The notes below the pieces were generated by a model. The model saw only the letters and a program-made list of their open reading frames with translations, had not been told where the DNA came from and did no database searches. Below are positions 1-9,489 of a stretch of DNA of 64,000 nucleotides, piece by piece (positions within the stretch are counted from its first letter, which is position 1; the number at the start of each line of letters is the position of its first letter). This DNA comes from Candidatus Eiseniibacteriota bacterium. GTDB taxonomy: Bacteria; Eisenbacteria; RBG-16-71-46; JABDJR01. Made by a program: the position numbers and the translations under genes. The stretch spans positions 54,103 to 118,102 of the forward strand of contig CAWANH010000028.1 of NCBI GenBank assembly GCA_963783375.1, read 5' to 3'.

Positions 1-564
1 GAGATAGATGGAGCTGAAGACGAAGACCTTGCTTCCGTCGTTGGGGTTCACCCACACCTTCACGTCGGGATCGCCGTACACCGCGTCCCCCCCGCCGGCC
101 ACCGGGAGCTGTCCGCCGTAGGTGAAGGTCTGGCCGCCGTCGTGGGACCAGGCGAAACCGGTGACGCTGATGCCGCCGGGGTTCGAGAAACCGAGGGCGT
201 CGTTGAAGCCCACCACCACGGTGTCGCCGCTGGCCGCGATCGAGGTCTCGCTCTGAAAGCGCGCCACCCCGGGCGTCACGTCCACGTCGGCCCCCCCTAC
301 GTTCACCGGGGAGAGACCGATCTCCGGGCCGACGAGGACCTGGAGCGGCGTCGGCCGGGTGAGGCTCCGGATCCAGTCCGGCCGGGGGGTCCTCCCCATC
401 AGGAGCGCCCCCATGGCCGAAGGTTCGGGGCGCTCGCGGTTCGACTTGTCCGGAGCCACCGCGGTGGCGGGCAGGCTCAGGATCAGAACCAGGGCGAGGA
501 CGGAAGCGAGCACCGAGAATCGAAATCGAAGCTTCCTATTGAATCGGGGGGGATGCGGGGACAT
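1..564 (-). CDS. Secreted BNR/sialidase-superfamily-like protein, N-terminal part; gene runs off the left edge
   Basis: My own minus-strand translation from ATG (564-562) gives MSPHPPRFNRKLRFRFSVLASVLALVLILSLPATAVAP..., a signal peptide. It continues ...RFQSETSIAASGDTVVVGFND...GFAWSHDGGQTF... and stays open to position 1. It is absent from the ORF track because no stop lies in the window. It sits 40 nt downstream of the DUF1684 gene on the same strand. Confidence 0.5.
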   Translation of the reverse strand, partial: MSPHPPRFNRKLRFRFSVLASVLALVLILSLPATAVAPDKSNRERPEPSAMGALLMGRTPRPDWIRSLTRPTPLQVLVGPEIGLSPVNVGGADVDVTPGVARFQSETSIAASGDTVVVGFNDALGFSNPGGISVTGFAWSHDGGQTFTYGGQLPVAGGGDAVYGDPDVKVWVNPNDGSKVFVFSSIYL

Positions 565-604
565 GGGTGCGAGACCTCCTTCGGGGCCCGGCCGGGGCCG
601 GGTA

Positions 605-1654
605 TCACTTGCGTCGATGGGAGCCGGAGTACGCCTTCTCTCCCGCCCGAACCGGAACCGGCAGCACGTTTCCTTCGGGCGGGAGAGGGCAGGTGGTGTA
701 CGGGTTGAAAGCGCAGGGCGGGTTGTAGGCAGCGTTGAAGTCGAGCGAGACCCGGTCGTCGGGCCTTCGTTCGGCGGAAAGAAACCGTCCCCCGCCGTAG
801 GTCTCTCCGCCGCTGGTGGCGTCCTGGAAGATGAAGAAGAGGTCCCGGGGAGAGCCGGGGTCCTCGACGATCGGGTAGAGGGTGAGGGTCTTCCCGGCGA
901 GCCGGAACTTCACCGGCCCCGGGCAGTCGACGGAGTCGGTGACCCCGATGACGTCGTCGATCGCGATCTTCCGCGGGGTCGGATAGGGGTCGAGAACACC
1001 GGTGACCCGGTAGGCGGGATCGACGGGGTAGAAGTCCACCCCGGTGAAATCCCGAAGGATCGGAGAGCGGGGGTCGCGCATGCGGATGGCGGTCCGATCC
1101 CCCCGCCGGATGACCCAGAGCTTCACCCGCCCCACGCTGAGCCGGTCGGGAGCACCGGTATCGTCGGCGGCCAGGACGCGCTCGGTGACCGGCGCGCCAT
1201 CCAGAAGCACCGCGGCGCCCGGCGCGACCTTCACCGTCACTCTCGGTCCGTCGGGGCCCTTTTCCAGAACGAAGGTTCCGGCCTCGGCGGGCCCGACGCC
1301 TTCGGGAAGGGTGACCGGGTTCCCGGGATCGCTCCCGAACGCGTTCGGTCCCGGCTCCAGGAAAAAGAGCCCGGCCACGGCGAGCCAGCCCTCCGGAGAG
1401 CGAAGGCGCTCCTCCCGCCGGGCCCTGAGGACGGCCATGGAGTCGGCGTAGGTCGCTTCGGTCGCGGGCGTCTCCGCCCGGACCTCCGCTTCGCCCGCCG
1501 AGGCCTCGGCGCGGGGAGCGAGAGCCCTCAGGGACGCCGCCGCGGCCAGAACCCCCAGGAACCCGACCAGAAGGGCCCGTGGACGGAGTTTGCCCCAGGC
1601 AGGAGCGGACCGAGGGGGGGGGAACCGCAGGGTCATTGGTAAAGTATACCGCAT
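605..1654 (-). CDS. DUF1684 domain-containing protein, exported
   Basis: Track ORF 605..1654. Motifs GWLAVAGLFFL, FIFQDATSGGETYGGGRFL and DFNAAYNPPCAFNPYTTCPLPPEGN are characteristic of DUF1684. The N-terminal segment is hydrophobic. Confidence 0.85.
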   Translation of the reverse strand: MRYTLPMTLRFPPPRSAPAWGKLRPRALLVGFLGVLAAAASLRALAPRAEASAGEAEVRAETPATEATYADSMAVLRARREERLRSPEGWLAVAGLFFLEPGPNAFGSDPGNPVTLPEGVGPAEAGTFVLEKGPDGPRVTVKVAPGAAVLLDGAPVTERVLAADDTGAPDRLSVGRVKLWVIRRGDRTAIRMRDPRSPILRDFTGVDFYPVDPAYRVTGVLDPYPTPRKIAIDDVIGVTDSVDCPGPVKFRLAGKTLTLYPIVEDPGSPRDLFFIFQDATSGGETYGGGRFLSAERRPDDRVSLDFNAAYNPPCAFNPYTTCPLPPEGNVLPVPVRAGEKAYSGSHRRK

Positions 1655-1715
1655 GTGCCGCCCCGGGTCCCGCCGGGGTTATCCTCTGATGGGCTCGAAT
1701 CGGGAGGTAACTATC

Positions 1716-1988
1716 ATGGGCTGTGGTTGTCTGTTGCTCGTCGTGGGGATGGCGTTTCCCCGATTTACCATCCTCCTGCTCTGGATCTTCACCCATTGGT
1801 TCCGGGGGATGTTCGACAACTGGCTGATCCCCGTCCTGGGATTCCTGCTTCTTCCCTACACGTTTCTCTGGTACAGCGTCGTCCTGCACGTCTTCGGCGG
1901 GGTCTGGGGGTTCTGGCCGGTGCTCATCCTCATCGTGGCCGTGATTGCCGACCTCACCTCCTACGGCGGGGCTCGAAGGAAGCGGTGA
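1716..1988 (+). CDS. Small integral membrane protein (about 90 aa), unknown function
   Basis: Internal ATG at 1716 is preceded by GGGAGG (1702-1707). The product MGCGCLLLVVGMAFPRFTILLLWIF... has three hydrophobic helices. The longer track start at 1590 has no RBS and gives a non-protein-like N-terminus. Confidence 0.6.
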   Translation: MGCGCLLLVVGMAFPRFTILLLWIFTHWFRGMFDNWLIPVLGFLLLPYTFLWYSVVLHVFGGVWGFWPVLILIVAVIADLTSYGGARRKR

Positions 1989-2570
1989 TCCCCGCTCGTC
2001 GGGTGGGCCGACCCGCCGGGGGCGGGTCGCGCGCCCGGGTAGATGAACGGGCGCCGCCGGGCGGACCAAGGCCTCGGGTACCGGTGGTCGTTCCCCCGAA
2101 GGGCCCGCCTTGCGGTCCCTTCCGGCCTCCCGGTATCCCCTGAACCTCCTCCTTGTTCCCGGCGGCGCCCAAAATTCGGAACGCCACACTCCGATCGGCG
2201 CGCTGCGGACTCGGGTGCGGAGGAGGCCGCATCCCGAGAGCGTGGACTCCAGAGCCCGCGCCGTGACCGGGGCGGTCGTGATGAAGCCCTGAAGAACATG
2301 TCAATCTGATTGCGGCGGGTCAGGAGAATCCGAGGAGAACCTTGGCGAGCTGTCCGGGCACGTTCATTCAACCTCTCCGGCGGTGAGACGACTCCGTACC
2401 CCGGGGGGGAGCCGGGAGAACCCGCGGGTCACAGGTCGCACGCCACTGCTATTCTCCAAGCGGGGCTTTCTACTTCTACGCTCGAACCCGATGAAAATCA
2501 AGTCCCTTTTGAGCGCCCGAAGGGCCACCTTCTTTTCCGAACCGTCCGGTGTGCTACCTTTGTGCAACCT

Positions 2571-2972
2571 ATGAGCGATCGGGATCCTGATCTTCTCAGC
2601 CAGCGCCGGAAGGCGGAGTCGCTGGGCGTTCCCGGCACCCGCCGGCACATCTTCCTATGCTGCGACCAGACCGAGCCGAAGTGTTGCGAGCGCGAACGCT
2701 CCCTCGAGGCCTGGGCGTATCTGAAGAAGCGCCTCAAGGAGATGGGGCTCTCCGAGCAAGGCGGCATCTACCGGACCAAGGCCAACTGTCTGCGGATCTG
2801 CGAGGGAGGCCCCATCGCCCTGGTCTATCCCGAGGGCGCCTGGTACAACCACTGCGATCCTCCGGTTCTGGAACGGATCATTCAAGAGCACCTGATCGGT
2901 GGGCGGCCGGTGGAAGAGCACCTCATCATCCGGCACGCTCTCGATCCCGGCCCATCCCCCGATACGCCCTGA
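2571..2972 (+). CDS. Thioredoxin-like [2Fe-2S] ferredoxin family protein
   Basis: Starts at ATG 2571 (MSDRDPDLL...). Cys pattern [14 protein letters not shown] ... [22 protein letters not shown] is typical of sucrase/ferredoxin-like 2Fe-2S proteins. It ends 21 nt before the aconitase-family gene. Confidence 0.8.
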   Translation: MSDRDPDLLSQRRKAESLGVPGTRRHIFLCCDQTEPKCCERERSLEAWAYLKKRLKEMGLSEQGGIYRTKANCLRICEGGPIALVYPEGAWYNHCDPPVLERIIQEHLIGGRPVEEHLIIRHALDPGPSPDTP

Positions 2973-2993
2973 ACGGGCGCCAAGGAAGCGGAC

Positions 2994-5060
2994 ATGGAGT
3001 CCAAGACCCCTCCCAAACTCCCGGTCAACGTCGTCGAACCCGCCCGGCTGAAGCCCGGGGTCTCCCTGGAAGACATCCCCGATGCCCCCGGGGCGGGCTC
3101 GTCCCCCGCCGGCGGCGACCGGATCATCCGGGGCCACGCGCTCATCTTCTGGGACCCCGACCGGCCCGAGTCGAAGCTCGACGCCATCGACACCGATCAG
3201 ATCACCCCGGCCCGGGACTGCGTCTCCGAGAGCCTGGATTCCCTGGATGAAAAGTGGAAGGAGGGGGCGTTTCGCTACCTCATGCCCGACTTCCGGGAGC
3301 GGGTCCATCGCGGAGAGACCTTCGTGGTGGCCGGCGACCGGTTCGCGATCGGCTCCTCCCGGGAGATGAGTCCGGCCGGGCTCAAGGCGGTGGCCGAGGA
3401 GGTCGGTCTCTCCCTGGTGATCGTGTGCGGGAACAACATGGGGGACATCTTCCGCCGAAACGCGTTCAACCTGGGGCTCCAGGTAGTCCAGTCCCCGGAG
3501 GCGGTGGCCGACGCCCGGGACGGCGACACGTTCTCCTTCGACCCCGATACCCGGGTTCTCACCAACGAGACCCGGGAGCGGCAGTACCAGCCGCTCCCCC
3601 TCTCCCCCAAGGAAGACGAGATCCGCCGGACGGGGGGAATCTACGCGGTGGGCCGCCGGGAGTTCCGGGAGTCGGTGCGCAGGACCCCCCGGGTGGAATG
3701 GCCGGATCCGGCGACCGCGGACCGCCTCACCGCCACCGAGCAGATCGTCTGGGCCCATCGGGTGGACAAGGAGGCCGAGGTGAAGCCGGGAGCCACGGTC
3801 AGGGTCTACGCCGACCTCCTCCCCGCCTCGGACGGGACCGCCCCGTTCGCCATCCACACCTTCAACACCATCACCGGGGGCGACACGATCTACCCCCGAC
3901 GGATCGCGGTGGCCAACGACCACTTCGTCTTTACCGGCCGCGAAGCCGACGACCACCAGACCGCGATCGGCCGGGAGTTCGCCCTCCGGCAGGAGATCGG
4001 AAGACCCTTCTACGCCACCCCCGGTGATGGGATCTTCCACTTCTACTTCCCCGAGCAGGGCCTGGTGGCGCCGGGCCAGTTCATCCCGGGGGCCGACTCC
4101 CACAGCCGGGCCTATGGGGCCTACGGGGCGGTGGGGATCGGGGTCGGCTCGACCACCCTGGGCTTCGGCTGGTCGACGGGCTATATCTACTTCACCCCCG
4201 CCCGCGCGCGCCGGGTCACCTTCGTGGGCAGGCTTCATCCCTGGGTGAGCGGCAAGGACATCGTGCTCACTCTCCTTCAGCGGTGGGGAGCCCGCCAGTC
4301 GGAAGGCATGTCGGTGGAGTTCGTGGACCGGGATCGCCAGCTTCCCGTGGCCTACCGGAACACCATCTGCAACATGATGGCCGAGGGCGAGGCCCAGAAC
4401 GGCATCTTCCCCGCCGACGAGACCACCCTCGAGTGGTACCGGAAGAAGGGGATGACCGATCTCCCCTACCCGCCGGTCGTTCCGGGGAAGAACGCGGTGT
4501 ACGCGCTGGACGAGACCTTCGACCTGGCCGACGTCACGCCCATGATCGCCAAGCCCTTCAGCCCGGCCAACGCCTACCCGGCCGAGGAGGTCGCCCGGGA
4601 ACGGATCACCTTCGACAAGGCCTACATCGGCTCCTGCACCAATGGGAGCTACGACGATCTCCTTCAGGCCGCCCTGGTGGTGCGCGCGGCCCGGGCGGGC
4701 GGCCACCGGAGGGTGGAGCGGGACCTCGTCATCTTCCCCGGGTCGGGAGGAGTCAAGCGGGCCATCGAAAACCCCGACCCGAGGCTCGACGGCGAGTCCA
4801 TCGCCGACGTCTTCCGCTCGGTGGGGGGCCTCATCCGCGACTCCTGGTGCGGACCTTGCTTCGGCCAGGGTCCCGACGCCCTGAAACCCGGGGAGCGGGC
4901 CATCACCTCTTTCAACCGCAACTGGCAAAATCGGATGGGTTTGGGAGGAGAGGGCTACCTGGCCAGCCCGTCGGTGGTGGCCGCCTCGGCCCTGACCGGC
5001 TACATGGCGCCCCCCTCCGAACTGGATCTTCACTGGGACCCGCACGCCTTCGAGCCCTGA
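2994..5060 (+). CDS. Aconitase/3-isopropylmalate dehydratase family hydro-lyase, fused with the swivel (LeuD-like) domain N-terminal and the catalytic (LeuC-like) domain C-terminal
   Basis: RBS AAGGAAG lies before ATG 2994. The N-terminal part has IDTDQITPA and GDRFAIGSSREMSPAGL...GDIFRRNAFNLGL (small-subunit motifs). The C-terminal part has GADSHSRAYGA, YIGSCTNGSYDDL and SWCGPCFGQG (the three cluster Cys). Confidence 0.9.
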   Translation: MESKTPPKLPVNVVEPARLKPGVSLEDIPDAPGAGSSPAGGDRIIRGHALIFWDPDRPESKLDAIDTDQITPARDCVSESLDSLDEKWKEGAFRYLMPDFRERVHRGETFVVAGDRFAIGSSREMSPAGLKAVAEEVGLSLVIVCGNNMGDIFRRNAFNLGLQVVQSPEAVADARDGDTFSFDPDTRVLTNETRERQYQPLPLSPKEDEIRRTGGIYAVGRREFRESVRRTPRVEWPDPATADRLTATEQIVWAHRVDKEAEVKPGATVRVYADLLPASDGTAPFAIHTFNTITGGDTIYPRRIAVANDHFVFTGREADDHQTAIGREFALRQEIGRPFYATPGDGIFHFYFPEQGLVAPGQFIPGADSHSRAYGAYGAVGIGVGSTTLGFGWSTGYIYFTPARARRVTFVGRLHPWVSGKDIVLTLLQRWGARQSEGMSVEFVDRDRQLPVAYRNTICNMMAEGEAQNGIFPADETTLEWYRKKGMTDLPYPPVVPGKNAVYALDETFDLADVTPMIAKPFSPANAYPAEEVARERITFDKAYIGSCTNGSYDDLLQAALVVRAARAGGHRRVERDLVIFPGSGGVKRAIENPDPRLDGESIADVFRSVGGLIRDSWCGPCFGQGPDALKPGERAITSFNRNWQNRMGLGGEGYLASPSVVAASALTGYMAPPSELDLHWDPHAFEP

Positions 5061-5234
5061 CCGGGAACCGCCCCCCACCGGCCGATCCCCGCGCGAATCA
5101 CCGGCGGACTCCGGCCCCCCCACCGCATTTTCCCGTAGAATGGCTTGAACGCTTCGGGACTCCCCCTCGTCCAACCCTTTGCAAGCCCCTCGGTCCGTTT
5201 GTGTGCCCGCCTCCAACCCCGGGAAGGTATGCCC

Positions 5235-7898
5235 ATGCGACGGATCAAGCTGTGCCCGGCCCGCGTCCCCGGCCATCCGGCCCTCCTCGCCGTCCTGACC
5301 GCGGCGATCGTCGTCGGCCTCTGGGGGGCCGCCGCCGAGGCCGTCCAGGCCACCTTCGCCGGCTTCATCCCCCAGCCGGCCTCGGACGGTCCCGCCGCCC
5401 AGGCCAACGGGCGCCTATCCCCGATCCCCACCATCGCCGCCCACCGGCTCGACTCCGGCGAGGCGATCAAGGTGGACGGCCGCCTGGACGATGCGGGCTG
5501 GAAGCGCGCGGAGGCGGGCTCGGGGTTCACCGAATGGGAGCCCGACCGGGGGAAGATCCCCACCGAGGAGACGGTGTTCAAGGTGGCCTTCGACGAGTCC
5601 GCGGTCTACTTCGCGGTGGCCTGCCTGGAGGACGACCCGTCCAAGGTGTCCGCGGCCCTCTCCCGGCGCGACCAGATGACCAACACCGATCTGGTGAGCG
5701 TGTACATCGACCCCTATCACGACCGTTCCACCGGCTACAACTTCCGGGTGAATCCTCTGGGGGTACAGCAGGACGCCTACATGTTCGACGACGGAAACCG
5801 GGATGACGACTGGGACGCGGTCTGGCAGGCCGAGACCTACCGGGACGCCAGCGGGTGGTACGCCGAAATACGCATCCCCTTCTCCTCCATTCGCTACCGT
5901 CAGGGGCAGGGCACGTGGGGGCTCCAGGTCTATCGCTACATGCACGGGCGGGGGGAGGACACCGCCTGGATCACCTGGGACCGGGAGAAGAGCGGGTTCG
6001 TGAGCCGGTTCGGAAGCCTCACCGGCCTCCGGGGCATCCCCGCGCCGAGGCAGCTCGAGATCCTCCCCTACGTGGTGCAGCGGAGCACCGATCCTTCGGC
6101 CCCGGCCGGCGAGGACGGGATCGACAACTTCGAGAACTTCGGCGCCGACGTCAAGTACGGGGTGACGTCGGATCTCACCCTGAACGCCACCTTCCAGCCC
6201 GACTTCGGCCAGGTCGAGGCGGACCCCGCGGTCCTGAACCTCTCCCCCTTCGAGACCTTCTACGACGAGAAGCGCCCGTTCTTCATCGAGGGGAGCCGCT
6301 TCTTCCAGATGCCGAACTTCAACCTCTTCTACTCCCGGCGTATCGGGACCGGCGGCTCCAGCTCCCGCATCCGCTACGCAACCAAGGTCACCGGGAAGAC
6401 CACGAACGACCTGTCGCTGGCGTTTCTGGCCGCCTCGACCGACGTCACCGGGCACGGCCAGGCCCACAATTTCCTGAAGGGCGGGAACCAGGTCTCGCGG
6501 TACTTCGTGGGCCGGATGGGCCGCGAGTTCAAGCAGGGGAAGTACCGGTTCAACCTCATGCAGACCGCGGTTCTGAACTCCGCCGACCGGGCGACCTACG
6601 GCGACTTCGCCTCACGGGAGGCCTATACCAGCGGGGCCGATTTCGACCTCACCTTCCGCGACCGCAGGTACGAGATCCTGGGCTCCTTCGTGGGCTCGGC
6701 GGTGGATCCGGAGGCCCTTCCCTCTGACCCGGGCGTCGACGCCTCCCGCCGGTACGGAACCGGAGGGGAGCTGGACGTGGCCAAGCACGGGGGGACCTGG
6801 CAATGGAGCGCGTGGGGGCGATGGGAGAGCGACCGGCTGGAGCTCAACGACATCGGGTTCCTGAGCGCCCCCGACGAGATGAACACCGGGTTCTGGGTGG
6901 GGTACCGCTACAACCCCGACGGGAAGAGCGCGCGCCTGAATCAGGCCAATCTCAACTACAACTTCTACAAGAGCTGGCTCTACGGGGCGCGCACCGGCCG
7001 CGATCTGGCCGGCGGGGAACCGGTATGGTCCTACGGTCGCGGCCACCGGCAGTCCCTGGACACCAACATCAACGGGTGGGCCCAGTTCCGGAACTACCGG
7101 GAAGCCTGGTTCGGGGTGGAGCTGATGCCCGAGGGGACCCAGCGCTACGAGACCCGGAGCCGGGTGACCCTCGAGAACGGGGACGAGGTCTCGATCCCCG
7201 GCGGCGGCCCCCTCATGAGCGAGCCCACCACCTACGGCGGCTGGATCGGCGCCTCCACCGACACCCGCAAGGATCTGGTGCTGAACACGGAGTGGAGCCA
7301 CTATCGCGACGTCGCGCGAAACCATTCCACCCACGGGAGCCTCAGCCTCAGGTGGAACGAGTCGAGCGCGGTGAACCACGAGATCGGTCTGGGGGCGAGC
7401 TACCGGGTGGACGATACCCAGCATATCGGGAACTTCGAGAACCCCGGCGGGGGCATCGGCGGGGTGAGCTACGTGTTCGGGAAGATCCGGCAGAAAACGG
7501 TGGATCTCACCCTGCGCACCAACCTTCTCTTCAGCCGGAACCAATCCCTGGGGCTTTATGCCCAGCCCTACATCAGCGTGGGCAACTTCACCGACGCCAA
7601 GGAGCTGGCTCGTCCCGACTCCTACGACTTCCTTCCCTACGAACGGAACGGGCTCCGGGCGGCGGACTCGGACTTCATCTACACTTCGGTCAACGTGAAC
7701 GCGGTCTACCGGTGGGAGTATCGTTCGGGGAGCACCCTGTTCCTGGTCTGGACCCACAGCCGCTCCAGCTCGGAGGACCGAGGCTCCCACGCGGGCTCCC
7801 CGGGGTCCTTCCACAACGACCTCGGTACCGGCGCGCTCTTCCGGAACGAGCCCGAGAACACGGTCCTGGCCAAGGTTACCTACTGGATCCCCATCTAG
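5235..7898 (+). CDS. CBM9-like / DUF5916 family outer-membrane protein
   Basis: GGAAGG RBS, then ATG 5235 (ATG 5229 is too close to the RBS). A signal peptide is followed by IKVDGRLDDAGWKRAE...FTEWEPDRG...AVYFAVACLEDDP (carbohydrate-binding family 9-like), then a long beta-rich C-terminus ending in an aromatic residue pattern (VTYWIPI). Confidence 0.85.
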   Translation: MRRIKLCPARVPGHPALLAVLTAAIVVGLWGAAAEAVQATFAGFIPQPASDGPAAQANGRLSPIPTIAAHRLDSGEAIKVDGRLDDAGWKRAEAGSGFTEWEPDRGKIPTEETVFKVAFDESAVYFAVACLEDDPSKVSAALSRRDQMTNTDLVSVYIDPYHDRSTGYNFRVNPLGVQQDAYMFDDGNRDDDWDAVWQAETYRDASGWYAEIRIPFSSIRYRQGQGTWGLQVYRYMHGRGEDTAWITWDREKSGFVSRFGSLTGLRGIPAPRQLEILPYVVQRSTDPSAPAGEDGIDNFENFGADVKYGVTSDLTLNATFQPDFGQVEADPAVLNLSPFETFYDEKRPFFIEGSRFFQMPNFNLFYSRRIGTGGSSSRIRYATKVTGKTTNDLSLAFLAASTDVTGHGQAHNFLKGGNQVSRYFVGRMGREFKQGKYRFNLMQTAVLNSADRATYGDFASREAYTSGADFDLTFRDRRYEILGSFVGSAVDPEALPSDPGVDASRRYGTGGELDVAKHGGTWQWSAWGRWESDRLELNDIGFLSAPDEMNTGFWVGYRYNPDGKSARLNQANLNYNFYKSWLYGARTGRDLAGGEPVWSYGRGHRQSLDTNINGWAQFRNYREAWFGVELMPEGTQRYETRSRVTLENGDEVSIPGGGPLMSEPTTYGGWIGASTDTRKDLVLNTEWSHYRDVARNHSTHGSLSLRWNESSAVNHEIGLGASYRVDDTQHIGNFENPGGGIGGVSYVFGKIRQKTVDLTLRTNLLFSRNQSLGLYAQPYISVGNFTDAKELARPDSYDFLPYERNGLRAADSDFIYTSVNVNAVYRWEYRSGSTLFLVWTHSRSSSEDRGSHAGSPGSFHNDLGTGALFRNEPENTVLAKVTYWIPI

Positions 7899-8014
7899 CG
7901 GGGGTTCATGGGGTTGCGGGTTTTCGGGGGGAGAATGTGCTAGACTGCCCTTGCCTTTTGACCCGGTCTTCAACGGTCGGCCGCGGGTCGGCCTCCAATC
8001 CAGAGGAAAACCCG

Positions 8015-9226
8015 ATGACACGTATGAGAATGCTCCTGCCGCTCTTCGGGCTGGCCGTCGTGGCCGCCGCGATTCCCGCCGCGTCGAGCGCGGCGACCTC
8101 GAAGTACGCGAATTTCGACGAGGCCCTCGCCGCGGGGGGCGACCTGCAGAAACCCGTCCTGATCGACTTCTTCACCGAGTGGTGAGGCTCCTGTAAAGCG
8201 TTCGCCCGGGCGGCGGACTCCGACAGCAACATCCAGGATGCCTTGAGCGGGTTCGTGTTCCATCCCGTCGACGCCGAGAAGGGTGAGGGCGTGGAACTGG
8301 CCGAGAAGTACGGAATCATCGGCTACCCCACCTACGTCGTGGTCAACGCCGATGGAACCACCCTCGACCGGTGGGTCGGCTACGAGAAGAAGGCGTGGAT
8401 CGCCTCCGCGGACCAGGCCGTCGCCGATCCGACCACCATCGACGAGAAGATCGCGCGGTACCAGGCCCACCCCACCGCGGCCGACGCGGTCCGGCTCGCC
8501 GGCTACCACGACTCCAAGGGGGAGTATCCGGACGCGGTGAAGCTCTACCGCGCCGCCGCCCACCTCGATCCCTCCTCCGTCGACGCCTACCGGATGTCGA
8601 TCTTCAAGTCGACGTTCTACGGGGTGCGGGAGGAGAATTTCTCCGTGGACGACCTCCGGGCCGCGGGGGACGCGGTGTTCGCGGAGAAGGAGCCCAAGCC
8701 GGGGGACCTCCTCGACGTGGCGATGCTCATGGGTCTCGCCGCTTCGGGCTCCGATGGGAAGCTCGACCCCATTCCCTACGTGAAGCGGGCGATCGAGGAG
8801 ACGGATGGATCCACCGATCCCGGGGTGGTGAGAGCACGGACCCAACTTCTTCCCGACTACGCCCTCCACGTCCTGAAGGACTCAGAGAAGGCCGTGGCCT
8901 ACGAGAAGGCGTCCATGCCGGAGAAGTGGACGGAGGATCCGGGCCTGCTCAACGGCTTCGCCTGGTGGTGCTTCGAGAACATGGTGAATCTCGAGGAGGC
9001 GGAGAACCTGGCCCGGAAGGCGGTCGACCTGGCCGCTCCGGGCCGGGAGAAGGCGATGATCCTCGACACCCTGGCGGAGATCTGCAACGCCCGGGGCGAC
9101 TGCGATCAGGCGCTCTCGCTCAGCCGGCAGGCGTCCCAGGAAGACCCCAAGAGCAAGCACTATCCGGCCCAGATCGAACGCTTCCAGAAACTGTCCGAGC
9201 AGAAAGCGAACGGAGAGGGACGCTGA
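8015..9226 (+). CDS. Exported thioredoxin-fold (Thioredoxin_7-like) + TPR-like protein with in-frame UGA at 8183-8185; candidate selenoprotein (W-U-G-S-C)
   Basis: ATG 8015 has an AGAGGA RBS and a signal peptide (MTRMRMLLPLFGLAVVAAAIPAASSAA). The track ORFs ending at 8185 and starting at 8243 share one frame, separated only by TGA. The joined sequence reads LIDFFTEW-U-GSCKAF...VELAEKYGIIGYPTYVVVNADG. Confidence 0.7.
8200..8218 (+). promoter_or_regulatory. Candidate bacterial SECIS hairpin downstream of UGA 8183-8185
   Basis: 7-bp stem GTTCGCC / GGCGGAC (one G-U pair) with loop CGGGC (8207-8211). The stem starts 15 nt after the UGA. Confidence 0.4.
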
Positions 9227-9324
9227 TCGGGGTCTGATCCGCCCGGCCGCAGGCTTCAGCGTTTCGCGACGAGTTGAACGGTCCGCTCAGGCGGGCCGTT
9301 CCTCTGTTTACGGGACGCGCCGGG

Positions 9325-9489
9325 ATGGGGGAATATGTTGCGATGATTCTGGGGTTCATTCTCACCGGGGCCGCTCTCCTCCTGATGCTGGTCACCGCGT
9401 TCCTGCAGATTCGCCGGGTGGACCGGACCATCGAGCGCGTGGACCGGGAGCTGGCCAAACGCCCGCCGGACCCGGAGTCCGGCTCGTGA
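9325..9489 (+). CDS. Small single-pass membrane protein (54 aa) upstream of the permease
   Basis: Starts at ATG 9325 (MGEYVAMILGFILTGAALLLMLVTAFLQIRR...). Its stop TGA 9487-9489 overlaps the permease GTG start at 9486 (GTGA coupling). Confidence 0.45.
   Translation: MGEYVAMILGFILTGAALLLMLVTAFLQIRRVDRTIERVDRELAKRPPDPESGS

Noticed and set aside
7938-7946. A TG-C-TAGACTGC box upstream of selenoprotein gene 1, matching TAGACTGC at 52165-52172 upstream of the LysM gene. It could be a shared -10 element.
   Set aside because: There are only two occurrences and no convincing -35 at 7938. This is not enough to call a motif; it would need genome-wide promoter statistics.
8183-8185. TGA reassigned genome-wide (genetic code 4 or 25) as the explanation for the in-frame TGAs.
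   Set aside because: Many well-supported genes in the window terminate at TGA (for example at 2972, 5060, 9226, 21548 and 41262). TGA is therefore a normal stop, and only site-specific recoding fits.
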